Positions 29,332-42,264 of a stretch of DNA of 64,000 bases are shown piece by piece. Each line of letters starts with the position of its first letter. The stretch's first letter is position 1. Below the pieces are notes generated by a model that was not told the origin of the DNA, made no database searches, and worked only from the letters and a program-made list of their open reading frames with translations. The DNA is from Chrysomallon squamiferum (lineage: Eukaryota > Animalia > Mollusca). The position numbers and the translations under genes are program-made. The DNA is taken from positions 13,702,001-13,766,000 of the forward strand of contig CM022666.1 in NCBI GenBank assembly GCA_012295275.1, written 5' to 3'.

Positions 29332-31289
29332 ATGAGTTTAAATTTTGTGACTTCTTTTATCGTTCGATGGAAGAGGCGGAAGGTCAAGGTCATTGCAGTC
29401 GTGGCCTCGCTGCTGTTGCTCCTCGGCATACTCCTGCCGCAGGAACGCCCCGTAGATGACGTCAGCTATGACGTCATAGAAAAAGTTGGCTTCCACAAAA
29501 CGTGGCGCCAGCAGTCGGGCCAGATGTGCGTTCACCCGCAGCTCGACCCGTTCCACCCTTCGCTCACACACTTCCTGCACGACGTCCCCAAAGTGCAGTG
29601 CAGCGCCGAGGACAACTGGGTCGACGTCGTCAACGGAACCTTCCGCATTTCGAAGAAGGCCAAGAGACGCTACGGGCAGATTGTTTGCGAATACGCGCCC
29701 GTGGTCAGAGGCACGAGCGACTACTCCGCGCGCCATCTCGAACACATTAAACCGATGCTAGATGGCGCTCCAATCAGTACGGATTTCTTCAAAGTTGCCT
29801 GCATCTCTTCGAGCAGAAAGAAGTACTTCAACATTCATTCCGGAATAGCCTACAACAAAACCCTTCACGAAAAAGCCAGTAAAAAACTGTTATCGGACAA
29901 AGGACTGGGTCTGGACGTCCTCATGTTCGGGTTCGACTCCCTGTCGAGGATGGCGTGGATTAGGACTCTGAAAAAGACGAGAGAATATTTTCTGAGGGAT
30001 CTCAAAGGAATCGAACTCGAAGGGTACAACATCGTAGGGGACGGGACCCCGCAAGCTTTGTTACCAATACTGACAGGCAAAACAGAAGAAGAATTACCCG
30101 AAGCCAGACGAGGCTGGAAAGGTGCAGATTTTGTCGACGGACATCCTTGGATTTGGAAGAACTTTAGCGACAACGGATACGTAACATTCTGGGCTGAGGA
30201 CATGGCGTTCATCGGCACCTTTCAGTACAGAATGCTGGGCTTCAAAGAGCAGCCGACTGACCACAACATGAGGACCTTTTACCTCTCGGCTGAAAGGATG
30301 TATAGCAGGAACAAGCCGCTGTGTCTGGGAAGCGTGTCCAGACAGAAGAATTTCTTCAACTGGTTCAGGGACGGCTGTTTGATGTACGGCAGCAAAAAGA
30401 AGTTTATGTTCGGATTTCACTCGGAGACCAGCCATGACGACAACAACATGGTGCAGGTCGTTGACGACGACATGAGAGATTTTCTCCATTTCCTCGAGAG
30501 GGGCTACTTGAACAGAAGTGTACTTATTCTGATGAGCGACCACGGGGCGCGCTTCTCAAACATCAGGTCAACCGCCCAGGGCAAGCAGGAGGAAGGATGC
30601 CTTACTTCGCCTTCAGGTTCCCGCCTTGGTTCGAGACGAAGTACCCCGACGTCATGAAAAACGTCAGAACCAACGCGCATCGTCTGACAACGCCTTTCGA
30701 CATACACGCCACATTCCACGACATCCTCAACTTCACGGGCTCGGGTCTGGGCGACGTCAGTCAGCGCGGCATCAGCATACTGAAGGAAATCCCGAAAGAG
30801 AGGACGTGCAAACACGCCGGCATAGAACCCCACTGGTGCGCATGCCTGGCCTGGAAGGAGGTCAACCAATCGAATCTCGTCGTGCAGAAATCTGTGTCCG
30901 CGGCTCTGCTCACCATCAACTCTTTAACGCAAAACCATCGAGACAAATGTGCCTTCCTGACTTTACGCAAAATTTCCAAATCCGTGAAGTACTCGACCAG
31001 CTCCAACGTTCTGAGGTACAAAAAAAGCTCCGACGTAGACGGCCGAGTGGCCGACTTGTCGAGCTCGATCAAAAACGACGAGGATTTCTACCAAGTTACG
31101 TTCTGTACCGAACCTGGTGAGGGTCTTTACGAGGTGACCGTCAAACACTCGCTCAATACCAGTGATATCAGCTTGAGCGAGAAAGAGATTAGCAGGATTA
31201 ACAGATACGGAGACGATCCGCACTGCATTCAGGAAGATTATCCCCATCTAAGGCCTTATTGTTATTGTGTTCCATCGTCGAAGAGATGA
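29332..31289 (+). CDS. DUF229-domain protein (alkaline phosphatase/sulfatase-like superfamily, type II membrane anchor); intronless; reading frame broken by a 1-nt deletion near 30593-30596
   Basis: ORFs 29332-30657 and 30597-31289 join into one ~652-aa protein if one A is restored in CAG GAG GAA (A)GG ATG CCT TAC, giving GKQEERMPYF. The N-terminus is a basic stretch plus hydrophobic anchor (RWKRRKVKVIAVVASLLLLLGILLP). Motifs typical of DUF229 proteins: FGFDSLSR, GYNIVGDGT, GYVTFWAED, ILMSDHG, RLTTPFDIHAT, RTCKHAGIEPHWCAC and the C-terminal ISRINRYG..HC..LRPYCYC. Family assignment is from motif recognition, not a database search. Confidence 0.88.
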
Positions 31290-31870
31290 ATCAAATTACA
31301 AGAAATAATTATTACGTGTGGCGGACCGAGGAGACACGGTTCAGTGAACGGAATTCTGATTAGAGGATGAGAATGATTTGGTTGTTCAGATTTCACGACG
31401 CGTGTCCTGCCTCTGTGGGAAATCTATTTATCTCATCTGAGCTGAGACGAGATGGGAGAAAATCAGTTTTGTCAGAAAAACGAATTCGCTGGAAATTAGA
31501 AAATTTGTGAGAAAGGACAGATGATGATTTTGAAGGACCTAGATTTAGAGAAATGAGAAAATGGTTTTCAAAAAGTATTAACTATTTGTATATGTCATTC
31601 ATGCCCACAACATAAACACACATATGCATTCATAAATACCTACCTACGTACCTACATACGTACGTACGCAGACATATGCACACACACACATTAAATACAA
31701 TCATATACATACATTAAACACACACACATATACATATAAATACATCCATAGACACATACATCTAGCTACTACCTACTTGTCTACATACAAAGACACACAC
31801 ACATACAGACAGATGTTAAAAAACACAAGGTGATCAACACCAAATTAATTGTTTTTCAGTGACCAATAAT

Positions 31871-31912
<42 letters not shown>

Positions 31913-34670
31913 AATAAATAAATAAACAAAATATCGAAGACAGTCAGTAATAATATGAAGAATATAATACTAATAATGATAATGATAATGCTGTTGACGA
32001 TGTCAGTGATGATGATGATGAAGATGATAATAATCATAATAAAATACAGAATTAACATCAGTGACCATTATTTTTAGAATGAAAGATCTTGATGTAATAT
32101 CTGAACATGATTCCTTTAAAAATTATTATAACTATCTTTCGAATTATGGTTGCAGCTTTCTATTCCCACTGCTAAACACATCAAAGAAGGTGATGTATTC
32201 TTAAACACCTTTGTGCTCAGGCATCAAGTAAACACATAACAGAAACAAACTCACATTCCAAAAGTCACGCTTTGGGGATCATATGTCGAGTTCTGACTCT
32301 AAAATTGTAACATACAAATATTTCATAACAGACTTTTCTCGTTAAGCGAGAAAAAAAAAAAAAAAAAAAAAAAATACTAAGCTATTACACGGTAAATAAA
32401 ATGTTTATTTGTTTATTTATTTATTTATTCTGCACAAGAGAACTCTTAACAGTCGATGGCGAGACCCTAAACTTTCAGGTATTTCTGTGCCCCTCCAGTA
32501 TTTCAGTCTTTTTAACCCACTAATAGAAAGACAAGCTTCAGAATCTGTCGAAGATTTGTTCTGGGGTAAAAACTGACGGAACCATAGACTTCAGCCTCGA
32601 GAGTCTTTTCAATAACGTGGCCCTAATCCAAAGTTCGCTCGTTTTTCAAATATTTGAGTTATATATTTGTTACCAGATAATGTTTTAGATCACAATAATT
32701 ACAATACTATTATTAAATTTTAGATAATATGTTTTTTTTTTTTATTATATTTTAATTTCTCGACTAATTGGAAATCAGTTTATGAATATTAAAAATAAAA
32801 ACAAAACAAAACTTCAAATACACAGACGTATACATATATTCATATACGGCCACATGCTGTTATTTAGTTTTATATATATATATATATATATACGTTTACA
32901 TACATTTATACACATTTACATACATACATACATACAAAGAAACACACAAACACATACATTTAAATAAGAACAAAAGATCAAACCTTCCAACACTTACCAC
33001 AGACTGCTTGTTTACTAAAACACGTTTTATAACATGATAATTTTTTTTTTTTTTTTTTTTTTTATTATTATTCTTATTTTTTTTTTTTGCTCTCTGAGTT
33101 TAATTACGTTTTTTAACCTCACAACAGCTCGACAGTTATAAAACACAGTTCAGCTAACGACGAACGTACAAAACAAGCAACTCCTGGAGATTGTTAAAAG
33201 CGTAAAATCAATTTACTACGGCTCACGGTCTCACTAACGTGCTACACTGAACACTTAATTAACAGTCCGCTAACAGCATAAAAAGAACGGTAATAATTAT
33301 CGCTTGTTACCAGTTAGTGTTAGCGGCCATTTTTTTTTTTTTTTTTTTTCTTTTCTTTTGCCTGTGGAACTGCTCAATTAAATATTAAATATTTAATTCC
33401 TTTGGCTTGCTTTAAATTGTTTCCATGTGAAAGTATTCATTTCTTTATTATGATTATTTCTATTTTTTTTCTTAAGTATTGTTTTTTTATATTTGTTTTT
33501 ATCTGAAAATTACCGTTTATTCTTTCATGATGGTTTTATTAACGTAATTTGTTTGTGTTATTGGGCGAGGCTCGTATTGTTGTTTTTGTTGGGGGTTTAT
33601 TTCGTAGGCAGATGTTGTTACTAAGATATTTATTTTTAATTCTGTTTTATCTCTTTGTTTGTAAATGAAGACGTGTGTATGTTTGACAAAAGACGAAATA
33701 CAATACTTATTCTGATACAATGTGTTATTCTTTTTTTTTTTTTTTTTTTTTTCTCTCTCTACAAACGAAAGAGAAAAAAAACAACAACAAAAAAATCAAA
33801 ACAACAGTTGCGAATAAAAATAAAAATAAAACAATAAACATAAATAAAATGCTAGCGTAAATATGCAAACTAGAAGAGATAAAAACCATCCGACATACAA
33901 TTAGGTAATAACTGTGCTTTTATAATGAAATAAATAGTGAAATAACGATCCACTAGATAAAATTCAGTCTAGCTTCCACTGAAATAGGTTTGTCGGTCTG
34001 TCTGTCTCTCTGTCTCTCTCTTCCTTTCAGGCATAACTGATGTTTTTCTCTGTCATGGTACTAAAAAATTAAAGCCAATATATCTCTATAACATCTTCTT
34101 TTTCAATTTTTTTTTTTTAACGCGACATATTAAATAAATATAAAATTTCCAAGTTAAAATATTATTTGTTACACACAAAATGCTTTTTTTTTTCTTTTCT
34201 TTTTTCACGTTTTGCATTTGCTGCAGATCAGAATTACCCCCAAAGGAAATTTCTGAAATTTATTCTGACTTGTCAACTGACGTAAAACGCATCTATGGCC
34301 AGTAACATCCATATTCACGTCTGCACAATTTTAATTTTTGGATGGCATTTGACGTCCCAAAGGGCCATTTGTGTTACTTAATTTTTTCCCTGATGGAACT
34401 TTTCGACAAGTGTATTTCGAAACGTTGAAATAATAATAATAATAAATGTTTTAATAAAAACTCGCAGTTCCCACTGGAATCGATAAATTAAAATTCTGCG
34501 GATGCAGCTTAAAATATAATTTGTATCCATTTAAAGCAAAAATTCTGACGTCGAGAAAATCACAAATGAAATAATTTAATAAAAAAACACAACAATGACA
34601 TTATAATTAATTGTCATAGTTCCTATCGTCATTATCATTTCTTTGATTTTATTTTTTATTCTATTTTTAA

Positions 34671-34716
<46 letters not shown>

Positions 34717-34730
34717 TATTTATTTTTTTT

Positions 34731-34765
<35 letters not shown>

Positions 34766-35318
34766 TCTATTTTCTTGTATACTTGTTCCCTGAAATCTTT
34801 TCACTGGGAAATTTTCAGAGGAATATGGAAATTTAAATGATCAGCTTGATATTTCGCGTAATTTCTTGAATATCAGTAATTATATAGCTTATACAGAACA
34901 CCAACGAAATATTTCAAAATAAAAAGGAACGTGACTGAAAATCGTTTCTAAACAGCGCCATCACTGTACGGTACGGACGCGCAATACAAAACACTGTTTT
35001 AATATTGTGAATTAGAACCCGCTTCACTGGTTCAGTCTGGGTAGCAGGATGTTTGTAGAATCAATGTCGGGTTCACTGCCCTGGTGCCATTTGATCTGAT
35101 CAAAGCTACCTCTTTTTATTCATTTGTTCATTTATTCGTTTGTTCGTTAATATTCATTTATACAAAAATACATGCATTCATTCATTCATTCACGTTCGTT
35201 CATTCATTAAGATGGTGACTAATATGGTTTGAAAAAAAAAGTTCATTCGTTCGCAAAACCATTATGATACGTGTCCTTTTACAATTATCTCTCTCTCTCT
35301 CTCTCTCACACACACATC

Positions 35319-35391
<73 letters not shown>

Positions 35392-36939
35392 ACACAAACA
35401 CTCCCATTCTCTCAAGTATCCTTCAAAATTTATAATTTCAAATTATAAACATTAAGGTTTTGTGTCGGAAACCTTCCCCGTACAAAAAAACATAATTCAC
35501 CCCTGATTTTCTCTTTCGTCTTTTTCTTATTTCTTTTTCTATACCACTCGTCATTCATTCGATCATTCATTCATTCATTCATTCATTCATTCATTCATTC
35601 ACTCACTCAATCAGTCACACAATCAATCCTTTTCTCATCATACGTTTTATCTTTCTTTCTTTGCACTTTCTAGCCATCCTACCGAAGCAGTTTTTCACAG
35701 ACTCGACTCCATCCGATACCGAAAAAAAAAAAAAAAAAAAAAGGCTCCAGATCCGTTTGAAAAACTGCGTCCTCCCACTGGAAAGGATATTGGCGCGGCG
35801 TGTTTTCCTGGAAGTCCAAGGAAGCGTATTCAATCAATCATTAACATTCCAGGTCCGTCCGAGTTAGCGTAGATTGAACCAATACAAATTTCAATTAACG
35901 CCAGATTGCCAAAGCTGCGTGAAACATTCTGCCGGTGACTTCAGAGTCGTGCTTTACCCTCGAGTGCTTGTCGAGTCAGATTAATTTATACCGGGGCCGT
36001 CGTCGCAGGAAGACGGGGGTTACGATGGATGTCGTTGTAGGGCAGCTGTGAGAACTGAAAGAACATGATCGACGAGGGAGCCGGTTGTGAGTCTTTGATT
36101 GTCGCCACGCGGTGAATGAATGATCAACGACATTGCGTCATAATTATTTTAACATTAAAAGTTGGTAATTTTTTTTTAAAATTAATTAATTAATTAATTT
36201 ATTTCGAGGGATTAGTTGAGTTATTTTAATTTTATTTGTTTACTTCTTTTTTTTTTTATCTTGGTTTTTGTTAATATTGAAAGTAAAAGAAGTTTTTTTT
36301 TCGTATCTCGTCTTTTTGCATTTGAGGACAGACAATCAAAGTTCGACGACCTCTCGTTGTATTTGAACATTCAGCGTTTTACGGTTCTCTTCGCGTTGTT
36401 TTTACATATTTCAAGTCAGAGAAGGAAGGAATGTTTAACGACATGGTAACGCTTTAATGTAGCTGAGTACTTTTTCTTTGTTAATGCTAATTAACTTGAC
36501 TCCTTTGAACGAGACTAATACTTACTAACCCTTCAATATTCCACTGAAAATTTCCCAGCGAAAAGATATCAGGGAACAAGAATACAAGAACAGAAAATAA
36601 AAAATAAAAAAAATAAAAAAAATTAGTAATATTAATAATAATAAATAATAAATAAATCGTGAATGAATCTAATATCGCTGTAATATTCTAACGTTACTAT
36701 TATGAGGTGTCAGTTTTCGTTTTCCTCGTGTAAGATAAGATAAGACAGGAAGCTCTGCTGAGCTCTACAGACATTTCGCAGCAAGGTGTCGCTTTTGTAA
36801 TCTTCTTCCCACAGACTATCCATCCCTCCGTCTGTCCGCCTTCTAATTACCTACACGTTCATTCATTCGTCCATCCATGCATCAGTTCATTCATCCATTC
36901 ATTATCTGATATTTCTCTATATATTTTTCTGTTTGTCTG

Positions 36940-36988
36940 CCTGTCTGTCTTTCTATTTACTTATCTATCTACCTACCTACCTACCTAC

Positions 36989-37068
<80 letters not shown>

Positions 37069-37097
37069 GTCTATCTATCTATCTATCTGTCTATCTA

Positions 37098-37176
<79 letters not shown>

Positions 37177-37319
37177 ATCTGTCTGTCTGTCTATCTATCT
37201 TTCTATCTGTCTGTCTGTCTGTCTGTATGTCTGTCTGTCTATCTATCTTTCTATCTGTCTGTCTGTCTGTCTATCTATCTTTCTATCTGTCTGTCTGTCT
37301 ATGTCTATCTATCTTTCTA

Positions 37320-37354
<35 letters not shown>

Positions 37355-37371
37355 GTCTATCTATATATCTA

Positions 37372-37406
<35 letters not shown>

Positions 37407-37415
37407 TATCTACCT
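36940..37415. repeat. Compound tetranucleotide microsatellite (CTAC)n/(CTAT)n/(CTGT)n
   Basis: Read directly; it explains the 186-aa YLSI/CLSV pseudo-ORF. Confidence 0.95.
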
Positions 37416-38016
37416 GTCTATTTTTTTTATTTACCGCCTTTTGGACTAAATACCGAAGTATCAAAGGTCGTGACAGGAAATGATAGTAACTGATATCTGC
37501 AGATTTCCTTTCTGTTATCTTTAGAAATGAGATTAGAAAAAGACTGTGATCTGGATATTAAAAATAAATCGTGTTACAAATCGTTCTGCCTGCAGCAGAC
37601 GGAGTTTGCGGGTTTTCGCGCCACTTCATGGACTCGCAGTCTTACAGCCTCGTTTCAGGATTGGCAGAAAACAGACGACTGCTGTCTGAATTGCAGGTAG
37701 TTCCAACTGAATCAGGCAAGTAATACAATATATCTGTGTGTCAATACAGAGAAATAAATACCGAGATAAAAAAAGAGAAAAAAAAAGAAAGACAGCAGAA
37801 AAATAGATCGCTCGAATTACTTACATTGCAGATAAATATGACACAGCCGATTATCGGTAAGGTAGACATAGTTATTAATTCGACTGAAAACTTGATTATA
37901 ATCAGACAATAATTATTATAAATGTGCATAAGCTTCAAATGTCTGAATTAATTTTAAAAAATGTGTAAAGAAAATTAAATTACTCAGAGAGTTCATCCAG
38001 ATCTATCTATCTCTCC

Positions 38017-38083
<67 letters not shown>

Positions 38084-38126
38084 GATAAATAATAATAATA
38101 ATAAATTAGTAATGATGATGATGATG

Positions 38127-38174
<48 letters not shown>

Positions 38175-39282
38175 TTTTTTGCATATATTGTTATGCCAGT
38201 AAAATATATAATTATAAAATAAAATGATGCAGAGAAAAATAAAAAAAAAATAAAAATTTAATTAACAAAAATAGTTAGGTGATAAAAGGTAAAAACATCG
38301 AGCATCGAAAGTGAATGCATAATTTATGAAACCGTTAAAACGTCTGAAGTAAAACGTGCCTTAAAAGGAATGTTTAACATTTTATAAGCACACAAGCGAC
38401 GCACGTGAATACCGAAGCGAAGAGCAGACGATGAAAAATAGCCCTGAAATTAACATCTACGCTACTTGCCGAGTATTTATTAGATTTTCAAATAACAGAC
38501 GAGCTCATGGAAAATAACTATGGTTTTCCCCGAGGATCTAAAATGGCAGGTTTTTTTTTCTTTCTGAGAATGACGAATAAAACTGCGACTGGTGGAAACA
38601 TAGCGTGTGCAGTGTCTAATTGAGCGTTCTCTGTTTCAGCTTGAGTAATAATGTCTGTTGAAAGTAATTCTCATAATGGTTCCCTGGCTACCACTAACAC
38701 TGTATTTAAATCTTTATTATTTTATTACTTTTTTTTGTTGTTTTTGTTTCTTAAATGTGCTGCTGGTAATCATCAAACGTTTTTTTAGCAAATCGGTACT
38801 TTCCCATTTTTTTCGTGCCTGCTCGGAACATTTCGTAACTTTTCGACAGAAGCTTTTACAGTCTCTCGATGTTTTCTTTCGTTATATTTCATTTAGTTAA
38901 ACCTTCTTTTTTCTTTCCATTTATTAATTAATATATTTATTTTCATAATTTGCATTCAGTTATTTTGTGTTATTAATCTTCACACTCTATGCTGTACATT
39001 AGTTTACTTCCTTAAATTTTCTTATTTGCCTTCAGTTATTTCTTAAAAGTCGATGTCCACATAAACATCTTAATAACGAACACAAACCTGTAAACATCTA
39101 ATTAAATCAAGTTTGCCGGAAACGGGAAGCCATATTAGATCCAGACGCCTAAGTATTAATGGAGCAACTCTCAGTTCCCGTTTTCGGCATTCTTCGTGCA
39201 TTTTCGTCTCTCATTACGAAGAAGAATGTTTCTAGCAGTAGCAGAATGTTATAAACAGATGTCAGTCATACTTTATTTATTT

Positions 39283-39320
<38 letters not shown>

Positions 39321-39602
39321 TTATAACTATTATTATTATTATTATTATTATAAGTGGTAGCAGCAGCACTACTAGTAGTAATAGGAATAGTAGTAGTAGT
39401 AATAGTGATTTCTGTACATATAAATATGTATATTTGCGTGCATGTATATATATATTTTTTTATTTTATTTTTATCTATACTGCATATAAAGTCAATTTTG
39501 CCAGATAGAGTATTGTTTAAATATTAACATAGAAACATAATAATAATAATAATAATAATAATATAGAAATAAATAAATAACTAGAATAATAAATAATAAT
39601 AA

Positions 39603-39656
<54 letters not shown>

Positions 39657-40619
39657 CAATAAAATAAAATAAAATAATAATAATAAATAAACTAAGAAAA
39701 CGAAAACGAAGCCACATGAATCGATCTAACAACCTAATAAAGCACAAGCTCGTTTAGTTAATGTATTGTTAAACTGTTATGGCTGGTGTACAGTTTTTAT
39801 TGATTTTTTTTCTTCTCGTTTCAGTATAAAGTTGAAATAAACACCAAACACCTGAGGTCTGTGATGCAGTGAACACAAAACACAGTATAATGATTATGGG
39901 CAAGAATAAATAAAATAAATTTTAAAACTAAAAGCAACAAAAAAACTACCCCCAAAACGCCTGAGTATATCTTAAACTGTCAGTCAGTAAATTCATTTAT
40001 TCACGCTGTCCTCTGAAATTTGTCCAATTCCTCTTTTCATCCATTAACAGTTTCGTCTATTCATTGAACACTCTAAAAACGATATTTCTTCAACTTCAGG
40101 TTAAACCCATTAGCGTTACATTTGCGAAGACGCAGAGGGCTGTTAAATACTCCCACAGCAACGTCGGCCATTACGTTTCACGTGATCTATTGCCAACAGC
40201 TACGGCCCGACTGAACTGAATTTTTACTCCGATGATGGAAAAAGCCTGTCTTTGATGCTTCAGTAACGTTTATTACAACCTTATTCTTTTTCCTTTTTTT
40301 TTTTTTTTTTTTTTTTTCTTTTTTTCTTTTTGTCGATAATGATTGTGTGTTCATGTCTCTCTCTGTGGTATTATATGTGTTATCATGATCCGATTTTTGA
40401 CGGTCGATGTCTTTCACAAGCAGTCACCGGTAAATATTTAAGCCGACGCGCAAGAAATTGAGAGACCACTTCTTTGATATGGATCGTGGTTTAGTGTTGA
40501 AGCAAAAGGTTATTTTTCTTTCTGCGTGTTACATAAGAACATGTTGGCTTGTTTTTATTTCTTTTTCTGTTTCTTGCATATTTATTTATTTATTTAATTT
40601 ATTTATTGTCGTGTTTTTA

Positions 40620-40650
<31 letters not shown>

Positions 40651-40706
40651 AAAAAAAAAAAAAAAAAAACAAACAGGCATTTGAGCAATATCTAGTTGCG
40701 TCTTTA

Positions 40707-40771
<65 letters not shown>

Positions 40772-41783
40772 AATAAATAAAATAAAAAATTAAAATAAAA
40801 TAAAAATAAAAAATAAAAATAAAAAATAAAATAAATAAACCATTCTCAGTTTGTTTTTAAATTTTATTACAAAAACGCAATCTTGAATCTATAAAAATAT
40901 ATATATATATATATATATATATACATTTTAATGTTGGCGCCGTAGCTGACGTCGTAAAAATTCCTTTGTGAATTCTTTTTTTTTCACAGTTTGATCCCAT
41001 AACATACACTCAAATAATTTTCACATTATTTTATTTTATTTATTACTTTAACATTTTTTTCTCTTTATATCTTGAAGATATCAAATACATAAGGTTAAGC
41101 CCCGGTTTTAAAATGAACCTTTCTCAGCACCAGCATTTCTTTCTTTCTTTTATTTATTTAATTAATTTTATTTATTTATTATTATGTGTTTTTGTATTTA
41201 TTTATTTATTATCAGCGTCTATATCGCATTCTGTAAAAAAAACAAGCACAATATTTGACGTTTATAAGAATCATAATCGTCTAAAAATAACACAAACACG
41301 AACGACGACGTAAAATATTTCTTGGTAAATTCCTCCGTGTTCTGTGGTCACATAAAGTTAAAGCGATATTCATCTTTCGTGTCATGATAATTACCAATTT
41401 TGTATTTTCCCTGTCTGGACGTCATTATTGGTCATTTAAAACCGATCATTTCGTTTTAGAATGGCTTCGAGCTTTCATTACCGCCATCTTAATAATCAGC
41501 CAGTACGACTCCCGCCATCAGCTCCTTCTAATAGCCTCAGCGTTGAAGTGTAGTAAATTAGGTTTTCCTTGTACAGGCAGTATTTGAAAATTAAGTCATC
41601 ACATTGTCGGTGTTGTCATGGTGCACTGTTACCGGCTTGTTAATATGGTCATATTGTTAAAATTGATACTGTTGTTAAAAAACGAAACGAAACGAAATGT
41701 TCTGTAACTATGATTTGGGCTTATTTAGTGTCATTAAATTATTATTATTATTTTTTTTTTTATATATATCATTTACGCAAAAA

Positions 41784-41868
<85 letters not shown>

Positions 41869-42233
41869 GTAAAAATTTAAAAAAGACTAAAAAAAAAAAA
41901 ATTAAAACCTTAGAAATATTGATTTACAAAGTCAGAAATAGAAAAGTATATATGTATATATAATCTATTTATTAAAAAACATTTTTTTTTTTTAGGTAAT
42001 TATTTCGTTTAAAATGAATTTACCAAACAGACGGAATACATATTAACTGATTTTAAACGAAATAATTACCTAGAACCCAAACTGTTTTTTAATAAATAGA
42101 TTCACAGTGGTTGAGGTACAACACAAAACGAAAAAAAAAAAAAAAAAAATACTGCGACTTTCTGGTATAATTGAAAACAAGCAGGATGTTCAGCCACTGC
42201 CAGAACCAGCTGCAAAAGTTATATCCTCCATTT

Positions 42234-42264
<31 letters not shown>

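Noticed and set aside
30585-30660. Programmed -1 ribosomal frameshift in DUF229
   Set aside because: There is no canonical slippery heptamer or evident stimulatory structure. A missing A in a short A-run is far more parsimonious.
29338-31247. Multiple antisense and alternate-frame ORFs of 80-165 aa over the DUF229 gene
   Set aside because: These are expected shadows of a GC-rich CDS with few stop codons in other frames, and they contain no recognisable motifs.
36933-37493. 186-aa YLSI/CLSV repeat ORF
   Set aside because: It is a tetranucleotide microsatellite artefact.
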